DNA of 64,000 bases from Paramoeba atlantica (Eukaryota > Protista > Discosea): contig CDRNVI010000019.1 of assembly GCA_977017575.1 (NCBI GenBank), forward strand, positions 372,001-436,000. The letters run 5' to 3'. The notes below the pieces were generated by a model. That model was given only the letters and a program-made list of their open reading frames with translations. It was not told the origin of the DNA and made no database searches. Below are positions 42,731 to 54,648 of this stretch, piece after piece; within the stretch, counting starts at the first letter, position 1, and the number at the start of each line of letters is the position of its first letter. Position numbers and translations under genes: made by a program.

Positions 42731-43433
42731 CGCCAAAAAAAGCGAGGGAACGAAATGATACAGAAACGGTATCTTTATTGCCTAAGAAGATTCCTTTCTA
42801 CCCCAATGAGGTACTATAAGCCAAAGACATGCACCTACGGGTTAAAAGAAGCCCAGTTTTCAAATGTTCACATAGACTACCTTTAAATTTCTTTATATTA
42901 TCATTGGAGAGTCGGTAAAACAGCTTTTCTGAAGGTCGGATGTGGACTCCTGTGACCTCCAGTGACTGCCAGCGACTGTCAGTGACTGCCAAGATTGCAA
43001 GTATTTATGACAGGTACGCTTACAATTTTTTTTGTAAAAAGAGTAATCATTCAGTAAATGGTCATTGATTGTATAGCACCTTTTGTACAGCAGGTTTGAA
43101 CTTTGAACTACAGTATGTAAGGAAATATTCCTATTTCCGGATGGAAAGGCGGCACAGGGCGCGAACAGGGTGACCAGGAGGGGCGCAAAGAAGTTTGCGC
43201 AGGAGGGGGGCCAGGAGGGCGGTGCTGGCAGTGGGCAGGGCGGCGAAGGAGAAAGCGAAGAGCAGGGAGCGAGGATAGGGGCGAAGGGGGGCGAGGAAGT
43301 CAGCGCAGCAGGGGGGCACAGAGGGCAGCTAAGCAGGTGGCGCAGGGTGGTGAAGGCGCCGGCGACACCGACAAGCCAGGCGGCGAAGGCGAAGGGGTGA
43401 AGGGGCATATGGGGGGGAGTATATTTTTAGGTA

Positions 43434-43566
43434 AACCGGGGGTCGGATCAATATCCTAATTCGGAATTAGGATATTAAGCTGAATTAGGATAATAGTGAA
43501 GGCGAATTAGGATATTAAACTAATTAGGATATTCATCCAATTAGGATATTGATCCACCCCCCGGTT
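43434..43566. mobile_element. 133-bp MITE of a second pogo-like subfamily
   Basis: TA|AACCGGGGGTCGGATCAATATCCTAATT ... AATTAGGATATTGATCCACCCCCCGGTT, with internal AATTAGGATA repeats. Confidence 0.8.
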
Positions 43567-44141
43567 TTGATAAAAAAATGCAACAAAGTAACTAACTACA
43601 GTAGGGTTGAACTCCAGCGTTTAGCCCCTCACTTCACTTCACTTCGTCCGATTTCTAGCCATCCTGACCTCCAGTGACTGCCAGCGACTGTCAGCGACTG
43701 CCATCGACCTCCAGCGACTGTCTACATACTCTCCATTGAAAACTTGAGACGCGTACCCATTGGTGAGTCTCTAGTTCGCAATTTTTCGTCGCAAAAAAAT
43801 ACTCACAGCTACTCACAGCGACTCACAGCGATCTACAGGTACTCAAAGTTTCTGCTACTCCATACAGAATTGCGCTGTGTTCTAGACTTCTTGTTCAAAA
43901 GTTATTTGGTGTAAAAATAGAATTTACCTTCTCTAAATCTTTTTCTAGAAGATTTTCTTATTTATAAGTAATGTCGGTGTGCTAGCTGCTTCGTTAAAAA
44001 GCGGTAGTTGTTGGTAAACGGGCTTCGCAAATTGCTTCCCACTAACGACGCAGTGTATGGCCCGCTCACGCGGGCTCTCGCCATACCCCCCTTCGGCTTC
44101 GCAAATTGCTTCCGACTAACGACGCCGCTTATGGCTGAAAA

Positions 44142-44214
44142 TACATCCGCCCGGAGTCGAACCTGCGACCACCAGATTATGAACGGCAGGTCTTACCAAC
44201 TGGGCTACCTGGGT
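44142..44214 (-). tRNA. tRNA-Met(CAT)-like pseudogene or SINE-like head
   Basis: A box TAGCCCAGTTGG, loop TTCATAA then TCTGG, and B box GGTTCGACTCC over 73 nt. The acceptor, D and anticodon stems pair poorly. Confidence 0.6.
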
Positions 44215-44389
44215 TCGAGTCCCGCGACCTACGTTTAAGCACCGTGATATGTGCCCGAATCGAGGATAGAGGGGGGGGGCTGGGCCCCCTTTTCTCACCC
44301 TGCTGGATCCACCCTCCCCCGGACACAATAAAGAGGGGAGAGGCACAGGTTGTAAACAACCCCCACAAGGACTGAACTATACGTGCGTT

Positions 44390-45000
44390 TACACTGTTTT
44401 CACTGCGATAAGGTGACGCAGTTCCGTGCTCGGACTCCCTCCTTCTGCCTTGATTGCGGCAACGAGCACACCAGTGAGCAATGCACTTCACTTGTGTGCC
44501 TGTTGGATGCAACATTTGCCCCTCTTGCAATAAGCCACAAGATCATCACACCTTGGGCCCCGAAGAAGCGTGGGTTAGACCAAAAAAAGAGTCCAAGAAG
44601 CATGTTGTGTCTACGAAGGGTGGACAGTATGCCAACGGAAACTGACATTCGCACTTGTGGCCCAGGTGCTCTGCATAATACAGCGAAGCTTTACTGTGGG
44701 TAAGTCGAAAGTTTATCGTCGTGCGGCAACTTCTGTTGCGGAATATTTTCGTCGTGAGCTTCCCTCTGGCAACATCCCTGTTCTGTCGAAAACGTTGCGC
44801 CGCATGTGGGTAACGTTAAGGGAACTGCATCGAAGAGTGTTAAAGAGCAAAGGGATGAATGAATGGCAATGATACACCACCAGATAGGGCATCTGCTTGA
44901 GGGCCACACTGTTCGGCGCGATCGTTTATATTTGGCTAAGGATGCCATTTTCAGTGGTCACACGCCGCATGACCTTTTCTGTGTTCTTTGAAGTCATTGA
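44390..45000 (-). pseudogene. Possible piggyBac-like transposase C-terminal remnant
   Basis: Frameshifted NDFKEHRKGHAACDH / LAKYKRSRRTVW..IWWCIIAIHSS resembles YNxxMGGVDxxDQ...YxxxRRTxKW. It is followed by a Cys-rich tail HWCARCRNQGRRRES. Confidence 0.35.
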
Positions 45001-45236
45001 AAGTATTCACAGCTACTTGAAAAATACTCACAGCTACTCACAGCGAATCACAGCAGCCCACAGCGATTCACAGAAACCCGCACATATCTACAGATGAGGG
45101 GCTGCGGGTGACGTTAACCGCAGTCTCGCACGGTCTCGGCGCGGTCTCACGAGGTCTCGGCGCGGTCTCGCGAGGTCTCGTAGTTGTAAAAGGGTATAAT
45201 GATATTTTAGAGATTGTCAAATAGTTTTCCTTTATA

Positions 45237-45594
45237 GCCCTCCCGCTGTCATTAATAATGATAATGATATTCTTCAAGAAAGATAATTTTTTTGAGATTA
45301 TTATCAGATTATTTTCAGAATATTATCATTATCATTATTAATGGCAGGTGGAGTACATAGTTTTCGACAAAAACACACGATTTTCAGCCCAAAAATGCGA
45401 AATTTTAGCCCCAATTTGGGCCGTTTTTGAAAACTTACCAGTAGCTTTTTAGTTCAAAAGACGTTTTTTTTAAGACACCAAAATTTTTGTAAGAAAATTC
45501 TGCTTGAATGAAAATAAGTTGATAATTTTTTAAAAGTCTTCACCACATAGAATGATAAGTTTTTTAAGATTATCATTATTAATGACAGGGGGAG
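45237..45594. mobile_element. MITE remnant(s) related to 18362-18672
   Basis: CTGTCATTAATAATGATAAT on the left; ATTATCATTATTAATG(G/A)CAGG(T/G)GGAG|TA right ends near 45354 and 45594. Confidence 0.6.
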
Positions 45595-46882
45595 TATACG
45601 TCTAAGCAATTTTAATCGCAATTTCGTCTACGCAATTTCAATTGCAATAAATAGAGCGAAGTTGAACACAGACCAAGACTGATATTAAAAGATCAATAAA
45701 ACTAAACCAACTTACTTCTTTCGCTACAGCGGTTTTCTAGGTTCGTAGGGCACATAATTTATGTGTTACTTGAGCAAGTCGCGACTTGCACCAGTCTTCT
45801 CGACAACTTCACATCCCCCACTGCACCAACATTTATTCGAATGGTCAATCTTTCGGAGAGACGCATTCACCCCAGTATCAAAGTTGTACTGCGGGTCTCC
45901 AGCCAACAGTCCGTACGCCAACACAGATACTATCTGAACAGCATGTTTGATCCGTCGAGGTGCATACATCGAGCTGAGTTCCAGGAAGCTTTGGAGATCC
46001 TGGGCAGCTTCTCCAGTAGACGGAGCGCGACCGAACATCCATAAGCAGATGCCCGCGGCGATCTCCGATGTGAAGAATGGCACGCTCCAGCATCTGTGGC
46101 GTAATGTCTATGCCACAAACGGAACGGCCCCCGTGAAGGAAACAATCCATGGTGCGATGAATGCGTTCCAGGATTTCATCGACTTTTGCTCCTAGCTCTT
46201 CTTATGTGATAATCAGCTTCGGAGGGGTAAATACGTTAACGCGTTTCGTGAAAACCCTCTTGGTTGAAGCTAAAACAACCTCATAAATCGCCTTTTCACT
46301 TTCAACCTCCGAGGGGTTCGCAATTCGAGCTTTTAAGTCAGCATTACTCTCAATTCCAGTCATTGGACACTGTGTAAGTTTACTCTCCCTGTGAATGACA
46401 CAGGATGGCACGAAGTGGCACAGGTTGGCACGGCGAGTCTAGTTTTAGGAATCTTCATCCTCCTAAGTAGCATTTTAAATTGGAGTAAATTTTCGGATAC
46501 TCTTTTGTACTGTAGTTTTGCATATTGTTTGATAATTCATAATTTGGAGGTGTATTTACGTCACGAGTGGGGAGGTAAGTAGGCGCAATCTTCCAGCTAC
46601 CCTAATCTTCTCTTGCGAAAAAGGCGCGATCGTAGTGGTGAGTACGTCCGGCTGCTCTACAGACTCGCTCACTGAGCGGATAATCATTTTAGCGCCAGTA
46701 TTATTGTCAAAGAGAACCCGCGGCGCGAAGCGCCGCGGGCCCGAATTTTCGCTTTTTTATGGCTCGAATTCTGGTCTGGTACGCTTATGAGCTCCTTTTT
46801 CTCAAAACCGGGGAACTCATAAGTAGGAAGGGTATAGTGCTTGGAACGACCCAGCCTTTTCTTGTAAACGGGTACCAAGATC

Positions 46883-48097
46883 GGTGAAAGTGAAGCATTA
46901 TTGCGCCAAAAAAAATGTTTTTTATGTTTTTTAAATATTTATTAATTTATTAATTTAAAACAAATGTGTTTTCTTTTAGAGTGTCTCAAATCAATAAAAA
47001 CACAATCTTTTTTCACGGTTTCTCACTATGAACTGCGCTCGTTGCAATGATTTCGCATGTACTGACACTTTTTCCTATAGTCTGCTCAGTTCAACGGAGG
47101 AATCTCGCGTTGTTGAATGGATGAAGAACCATGGACTCTTGTACAAAGCAGTTACTTGCGCGAAACAGCATGCTCCTCTCCCTTGCAACCTTGTAGGAGA
47201 GCACTGGATATGCCCTGAGAGGAAAAAATGCCCAGGAAAACTCTACTACCTACAACCTCTTCTTACTGCATTTAAGCGACGAACAGCAAAACAGGTGCTT
47301 CACGTTCTTTACGGAATGAGCTGTCGCAACGGACGGGAACAAATTGCGTTAGAATGTCGGCTTAGCGCTCGAACAGTAACGAACATATCCCACATGCTGG
47401 AGTCCATGATTTCTCGTGCCCATGACATTCGCACTATAGAAGCGGCTGGGACAATAAATCATATGCAAAAAGACGAAACATGCTTCTCAACGCCAAAAAA
47501 AGGGGGCAGCTACAAACCACGTCGCGTCCGTAAGAATGGGTCACAATGGGTGCATGTGATTACAAGTACTACGAGAAATCAGAAAGCGAAGGAAATATTT
47601 GTAAGCCCTCTGAAAAATCGAAGTGCTGAGAGTCTGAATACACAAGTCATTGAGTTGTCTGCTGGGAGCCGGGCCGTGGCGCGCGCTGATTGCTGGCGAG
47701 CGAGTCGCTCCCTGGGAAACGACTTGCGGCATGAGACAGTAAATCATCGACGATTTTGGGTGGACCCCAATACTGGTGTACACACCAACACTGTTGAACG
47801 CATGAACGGGATGCTCAAGAAAGAAGTGCGTTCCCGTGGGAATGGGACCCTTGGGTGCTTTGATGAAGAAAGGGAAGATCGGATAAAGTTCAGCGGAGAA
47901 GTTGTGAATGGTCGTCTGAAGATTGGAAATAGCGAGGGGCAGTCATTAAGACGACTGTGTGAAGACCTCAAATTAGTTTGCAGACTCGGATTTCTGGAAG
48001 CGAAACCATAAGAAATAAGTAGTAGCGGTCGAAAAATAGAAATTTAAAAAAACTTTACTTTTTTTCAAAAAAGGCGCAATAATACTTCACTTTGACC
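46883..48097 (+). mobile_element. Complete Merlin/IS1595-type transposon (1215 bp)
   Basis: 25-bp TIRs GGT(G/C)AAAGTGAAG(C/T)ATTATTGCGCC and an 8-bp TSD CCAAGATC at 46875-46882 and 48098-48105. Confidence 0.92.
47028..48011 (+). CDS. Merlin (ISXO2-like) DDE transposase, intact
   Basis: N-terminal Cys cluster, QKDETCF, RSAESL, ADCWRASRSL, HETVNHRRFWVDPNTGVHTNTVE. Confidence 0.9.
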   Translation: MNCARCNDFACTDTFSYSLLSSTEESRVVEWMKNHGLLYKAVTCAKQHAPLPCNLVGEHWICPERKKCPGKLYYLQPLLTAFKRRTAKQVLHVLYGMSCRNGREQIALECRLSARTVTNISHMLESMISRAHDIRTIEAAGTINHMQKDETCFSTPKKGGSYKPRRVRKNGSQWVHVITSTTRNQKAKEIFVSPLKNRSAESLNTQVIELSAGSRAVARADCWRASRSLGNDLRHETVNHRRFWVDPNTGVHTNTVERMNGMLKKEVRSRGNGTLGCFDEEREDRIKFSGEVVNGRLKIGNSEGQSLRRLCEDLKLVCRLGFLEAKP

Positions 48098-48523
48098 CCA
48101 AGATCCACATGAAGAAGGTGGTCATTGTGCCAAAAATCTTCGCTCTGGATGGCACAGGATGGCACGAAATGGCACAGGATAGCACCGAATGGCACAGGAT
48201 GACTGCATAGTGTCCATAGACAAGAAAATAGATACGGAAAGCGAAATAACAAACTAAAGATGTTCCAAAATAGTCTTACTTCTATCTACATCAAGGCCTA
48301 CAATATGAGTACTCCCTACACATCGTATATACGAAGTGAAAATTCTTTTTTGCTCAAATTGTGCTCTACTCTCTATCCAAAAACTAGCATTTTCTTGTCT
48401 CTCCAAGCCAAAAGCAAACCGCGGTCTCAGCGCGGTCTCGCGCGGTCTCGTGTGCCACGACCCGCAGCCCCTCAGATACTAACTACAGACTCACCATTGA
48501 AACTGTCATAAATCGCAATAATT

Positions 48524-49252
48524 GCGGTGGTTGTAAAACTACCGCTCTACCCTCGATTATTGAAAAAAAAGTGAACAAAAACAGTGAAAATATAAAGAGG
48601 AACACAGTAATAATTTATAATAGAAGAAAAAAATATAAAAGGGGGCTCCGGTGGTCCAAAACTGAAAAAAAAAATTGAAAAAAATGGGGGGTCCAGGGTC
48701 ATGGTCGAGCAAATTTTTTCGAAAAAATTAGTTTTCGAAAAAAAACCGCAGAAAGGGTAGCCGGGGTCTTGGCGCGCATTTTCCACCCCCCTACCCGGGG
48801 GTGACCCCCTCGCGTATCCGCAGGACGGGTCCGCCAAGTTCGGAATTTTTCGGGAAAAAAGATTTGAAAAAAATTTCAACTTGGCGAAAAAAATGGCAAA
48901 AAAAATATTTTTCCAAAATCGTTTCCCCTATTGTATTTTGATAGTTTGGGACCTACACTAGCTTTCTCCGCAGTTGTTTTCGCAAGGTATCCCTTCTTCG
49001 AACCGTGGTGCGCCCCTCAATATGACCCATTTTTGACCAAAAAAGGTGAAAAAGTATTTTTCGGACCTAAAGGGGCATTTTTGTATCGAAAGAATGGTAT
49101 GGTTGGAGTCGCATTCTCTACCCAATACTTTCGGTAGGCTTCCATTCATGCCTACGAGTGATTTCCCACGCGCAAATGTCGGATTTAGTGCTCTGAGAGC
49201 AAAAATACGCGAAAATCACCCCATTTTTACCCGAAATTCGGCTATTTTTGGC
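48524..49252 (+). repeat. Second copy of the hairpin-ended interspersed repeat
   Basis: The 5' part matches 27121-27540 and the 3' part (49060-49252) matches 54990-55190. Confidence 0.85.
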
Positions 49253-49814
49253 TAGTACAAGCATAGTGTAGTTTTGCAGTACTAGTACAAGCAGAGTAGT
49301 TTTGCATAGTACAAGCACGCAAATATGCGAGTGCTATGTGAGACTTGAGAAAAAAACTTGGCTCGTCCCATAATAAGGAGCATAGTCTGCACATTCCAGA
49401 AAATTTAATCCAAGATGAAAGCGGGCCGATAGGTGGCTTAGAAAGGGAAGTTAAAGGGGACGACGAGGACGGTAGTGAAGGGGATAATGGAGCGATAACG
49501 AAGGGGGCTATGATGGGGATGATGAAGAGGACGATGATAGAGACGATGAAGCTAACGAGCTCCGACTCCTGCCTTCCAATTTCGTCCGTAGAACTCCACG
49601 CAAGACCATTTGCCTAAAAATAGAGCAGAAAAAGAAATACATACAGTATGTAGAAGTGAAATAACCCCCCCAATGAAACGTGACCCACCCCCTTTTTTTC
49701 GTACAAGTGTCCGTTTGAGCTGATTTTTGTTGCATTTTGCAGATCTTAACACAAAGACTTTGCGCGAGAAGGAATGAAACTAAAAGAAGCGAATAAGTAT
49801 AATTTAGAGAGAGA

Positions 49815-50200
49815 TTACCATTTTGTCACTTTTTCGCCGTTCAATTTTATACACTGTGTAAGGCGAGAGTCAAAGCTTAAGACCGTTTTGTCGATCACTT
49901 TTTGAGGCAAAGAAGACCATGCTTTACGTACACATCGGATAAGTGAAGGTTTGTCCGATGGGGTTTGTTCGTCCACTGCCTTTTGAACGATAGACCAGAC
50001 GTTTTCTATGGGGGAAAGGTCTGTTGAATTGGGGGGGGGGCAATTTTTCAATACATCTTTCATTCTACTTGTAATGTAGTCCTTAGAGGCATGGGCGGTG
50101 TGCCGTGGCCCCATCCTGTTGAAAAATACAATTCATGGGGAAAGTTACCCTTTTGAGCGTCTCTATGGAACCCATGCAGTTTTGGCTCGCAGTGGCTGGC
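49815..50200 (-). pseudogene. Tc1-like transposase C-terminal fragment
   Basis: CIFQQDGATAH / HTAHASK...PPPNSTDLSPIENVWSIVQ...RKAWSSL...RLTQCIKLNG, with frameshifts. Confidence 0.8.
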
Positions 50201-50907
50201 AGCGTTTGACAGCGTACGGCAGCATGTGGCAGCGTATGACATAATTTTGAAAAAAAATGACATATACCAATGAAATTATTGGTCGGACTTTTATTTGAAA
50301 AATTAATATTTCTACTAGATTCCTTTCGTTTACACATATCTGTCATTCGACGTCGAAAATTGCAATTCGACGTCTTCGAATGCCTTTCGACGTCGAAAAA
50401 ATGGGTCTTTCGATGTCGAACGAAGGAAAAAAAATGGGGAATTCTTGTGTTCATGTGCAGCACTTGAAAAAATGTTTCGATCGACGGATTCTTTTCACTA
50501 CAGTAATTTGCTATGGTATTCGGACGAATAGATGACTACTAGAGAATAAGAAAGTAGCAACGTATGGTTGTCGTCAGGTTGTTCGTCAGACCGCTAGGAA
50601 GTTCTAACCGTGTTAAATGCGTCACCTTTTATTTGAAACATGTTCAGAAACGTAATTAATGAAGTTTAATAAAATAAAGATACGGAAAATAATGACTGTA
50701 CTAGTCATTATCATAGTATAAGCTTATGGCGTTTACTGTTGCCGTATAGCTAAGCACAAAATATCTCGCGTTGCAATAATACAAGAAAATTTTAAGTGTG
50801 GGGAAAAAGTTTAGCCTTAATGGTCCTGAAGTATGAGACAAAACATGGAAAAAACCCCAGAAAATATCAGTTTCCGAACAATACATGAAACATCCATACA
50901 TAAATAA

Positions 50908-51904
50908 CAGGGGTCCGAATAACTATAAAACTTTATTATAGGTACTTTAAAGTAACTATATTTATTTTTCCCTACCTTTATCCACCTTTATTTTTTTTGT
51001 CAATAATCTGCACTGGAAAATTCGTACTGCACTGGAAAATTCGTGTATTTTGTTGAAATTTTTTAATGCCTGGGCGCTCGGGTAATATAGAAAATCGAGC
51101 TAAATTTGTCCAGCCTTATTAGCAATAAGACCTTGTACTACTTACAAGGAGGTGGAGGCCGGAAAAGGATATCTGAATGCCGGCTCTATAGTTCACCGGA
51201 AAAGCGGAATTTTGTTTGCGGAAAAGGCACTTGGATCTCATACTCTTCAGCCCTGAGTCATAGTGAAGGAGAAGAGAGTCAGAAAGCGGGAGACGGAAAA
51301 TGCTGTTGAAAATGCAGCTTGATGTCAAGTCCTAAACGTTTCAAAGGTGTTCGAAACCATGATATAATGGAAGTGTGATCATGGAGTATGAAACGCGACC
51401 ATTCAGGATCCATTGTTACAGACACTGGCTATTCCCATGGTAGAACAACATGTTCAATATGCGTCTTGTGTTCTGGAAATGCTACAATCTGGAGTAAATT
51501 GGTAGTGGAAATTTTAGAAGCAGAAACATTGAAAACATTGTTCAACAATGTAATCGTTGATATCGCATGGCTTATCAACAACGATTAGAGAACGCCTGGT
51601 AGAAGTATCTTCCACGTCTGATGCTGATGAAGCTTGTTCGGCACTATAACTGCCTGAAAACTATACCTGTGCAAGATTGTTTCCTATGTATTTTAGATAA
51701 TCAAAAAAAGCATTCCCTCCAACAAGGCCTACTCCCCGCGACCCGAGCACCCAGACTGCACAGATTCCCCACCCAAATTGAACAAAAAGTCGATCGCCAA
51801 AATTATAGGTATGTAAAGCTTTAAAAGTAGTATAGGTACTTTATAGTACCTTTATTTATTTTTTCTACCTATATATAAACTATATAAAGTTATTCGGACC
51901 CCTG
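50908..51904. mobile_element. Non-autonomous hAT element (997 bp)
   Basis: 17-bp perfect TIRs CAGGGGTCCGAATAACT / AGTTATTCGGACCCCTG and an 8-bp TSD ATAAATAA at 50900-50907 and 51905-51912. Confidence 0.9.
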
Positions 51905-52025
51905 ATAAATAATTATACAGTAATACAAAATAACAATATTATAATGGGTTATGGATTTATGACGTATCAGAAAAAAAGCAGACTCGCATCAGGAGCCATT
52001 AAGTAATTCGGAAGCTTGAAAGAAG

Positions 52026-54648
52026 TTACACCGAATCCCCATTTCCCGCTGATCCTAACTGTTCCAAATTGTCAAGATACCCGAGTTTCTCGTAGTTCCC
52101 CCGTAACAGCATAGAATTTTGTACTGTTTGAGTGCCCATGGATGATTGACGGGAGTTGTACTTGGTGTTCATAACCGACATCCAAGAATCACATTTCGTC
52201 ACTAAAGGGGGTACCTTTAAAAAATGTATCGCCGCTTGATGTATACCTGGGTATTTGTAGACTCCAACTGTTTGCCACCAATGCAATTCGCACTTGTGCA
52301 CTCGCGAATCCCATTCGTAGTCGACGCAATTCACATATTCATTCCATTCATTTTCCGTAATTTGAAAAATGGGAGAACCGCCTCGAAAAAGGTCGTTAGC
52401 ACGACTGAAATGAATTGGTTCGAGACCGGCTTTCCGGGCGCGTAGTGCAATGAAATCCGGTGCAAACCACATGACGTCTTCCCAATATTTCATATTGTGA
52501 TGAACTGAAAGTCGATTTATGTGATGCTTGAGGGCACATTCAAAAGCTTCACTGCAGCTTCCCACCCGACTAGCCTTCCGTAATCTCTCTAAAGTTGGCC
52601 AAACTCCCGTTGCTAAAGGCGTACCGTCTAAATCCGAAAATTTTTGTAACGCTTTCTGGATAGGAGCTAGTTCTTCAAGAAAATATTTTGCGGAAGTCGC
52701 CAGGTTATCTACCCCTTCCCGAGCAATAAGATCCGCACACTTACGTACAGACTGACAAACTCGGGGGTTTTCCAGTTCTTGCTTCAGGAACGCGACAACA
52801 GTAGGTAACTGAGTAGAAAAGAAGGAAATGCTGCTGAACTTATCATGGCACCAGCGAGTAACTCCCCCTAACTTAGGATCCGTAATGCCGTGTACATCCT
52901 TTGCTCTACGAACAGCTTCAATTACTTGAGGTCCATACAATGAAAGTGCGTCACGACAGCGAGGAATATTTTCATGCTGAGCGTTCAGTTCCGCCAAAAT
53001 TATATCAGCTTCATCGGGCGCATACTGTTTCAAAATTTGTACGCTGCTGCGAAGCTGACACACCAGCTCTGTCTGATATTCATCGTCCAGTTTATTGCTA
53101 GACAGCCCCCCATACCATTGAGTGAAAAATAGTTCCGCTTTGTTAGTTTCTTCGTCGAAAGATCCAAGAAGAACGTCTAGGGCCACACCACGATACCCCC
53201 CCTTCTTCGTACAGATCTTGTCATGTCCATAAAATGTTTGTCTGAAGAGCTTTTTAAGTTCAAAAAGGGGTGTTTCCTGAAAGGGTTTCATCGCATCCAT
53301 CGCGAGGTTATTGAGAAAATGACCAAAGCAAGATAGTAAGGAGACGTGTGGCATCATGTCCACGGCCCGGTTTCCGAAGTTTATCCAGTCTGACTCCCCA
53401 ATTCTTTGAACGCGATCATATATTCTTTTTAATTCTCCTTCTGCCTCATCACGGGCCACGTGGTTAACGGCACAGGCATCCACCATTAAAAATCTCATTT
53501 TTCGTACCAGCGTAATGCCGAGAATAGAATTCAATGTATTAACCAAACTCTCAGCTGTTTCTTTGCCGTTAAATGCCTTCCGCTTCGGATGATACATGGG
53601 TGGTAATAGATATTGCTCATCTGAAACATACACTACCCCTACTAATACGTGCTCGTTGAGCACGGAATCAACCCCAGCATCCACAGCTACCCCGAAGAAA
53701 GGATGAATATCGATTTTTGAAATCATTTTTTCCCATATTTCGTTGGCCAAGTCCTTCTCTCAATCACGCATGACCCTGTGATTGTTGCCGAGTGCATTGA
53801 GAATTTCTTCAGTATTTGCTCGCTTGGGGCGTAATTCTTCATAGTTACGAAGTAAAGCGTGTGCAGCTTTGCATGACAAGTTCGTCTTTGCCACAAGACA
53901 GGGAACGCAGCGACGAACAAAAACATTTACACTCATTGAATTGTCGTTCGGGGTCAGTGAAAAAAGTTCCGGTTCGTTTGCGATTCTCTGTCCCTCGCGC
54001 ACTAAACAAGTGTGATTGATATGGTGATAGTAATGGTTGTTATGGAGCGAATGACTCCACCACGGACAGTCGCGACATTTTATGTGAGTCCGCTGGCCCA
54101 TGGTATTCACGAGATGGGGCCGAGGATATTTCTCGGTGTATTCGCGACTCTTTGTTTTTCTTCTCCAAATCTTTCGTTCTACCAGGCGGGGTATCCATTC
54201 CCAAGCAGCGTTCACGAAAGAATTTTGTCGAAATACGGGGAAACCGCATTGGGTCCTGTACAAGCTGTTTTCGAACTACTTGCCTTACAGAGCTTGCCTG
54301 TTGTGATGGAGAGGACGACATTTCCTCTTCAAGCCTCGCGGTACACTCTCGTCGTACTGAGACAGGAACATAACTCCCTGACGGAACGTTATCGGAAATT
54401 TCAAATCTGCTCTGGGTGGGACCATCTGCTGCTTCCGTGGAAGCATCTCGCTGCATGGCAGTTCTATTCTTCTTCGCCGAATTGGTTCTCTTGGCACGAA
54501 CCGAAGTAACTGAAGGAGTAGTAGATGAAACAGATTCGGAAGAATTTGCTTCAGCTAAAGTTGGCACGATTGCATCTGATGAAAGAGCTGGGGGAGAAGG
54601 TATGCGGATAGGAATCATGCGCCCCCTTCCTCGAACAGAGGTGTACAT
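52026..54648 (-). pseudogene. Near full-length hAT-like transposase with one in-frame TGA and a probable 5' frameshift
   Basis: HIKCRDC..H...HINHTC finger, GVAVDAGVD, LMVDACAVN, SCFGH, GGVTRW, WWQ..YPGIHQAA..FLKVPPLVTKCDSWMS. ORFs 53760-54263 and 52026-53750 are in frame across the TGA at 53760-53762. Confidence 0.8.

Noticed and set aside
44142-44214. Functional tRNA-Met gene
   Set aside because: The acceptor, D and anticodon stems have multiple mismatches; kept only as a tRNA-like element.
45763-46195. Overlapping plus-strand ORFs as a captured gene
   Set aside because: They are frameshifted and short, with no motif I can recognise.
53760-53762. Blastocrithidia-like stop codon reassignment
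   Set aside because: All conserved host genes in the window are uninterrupted and end at normal TAA, TAG or TGA stops.
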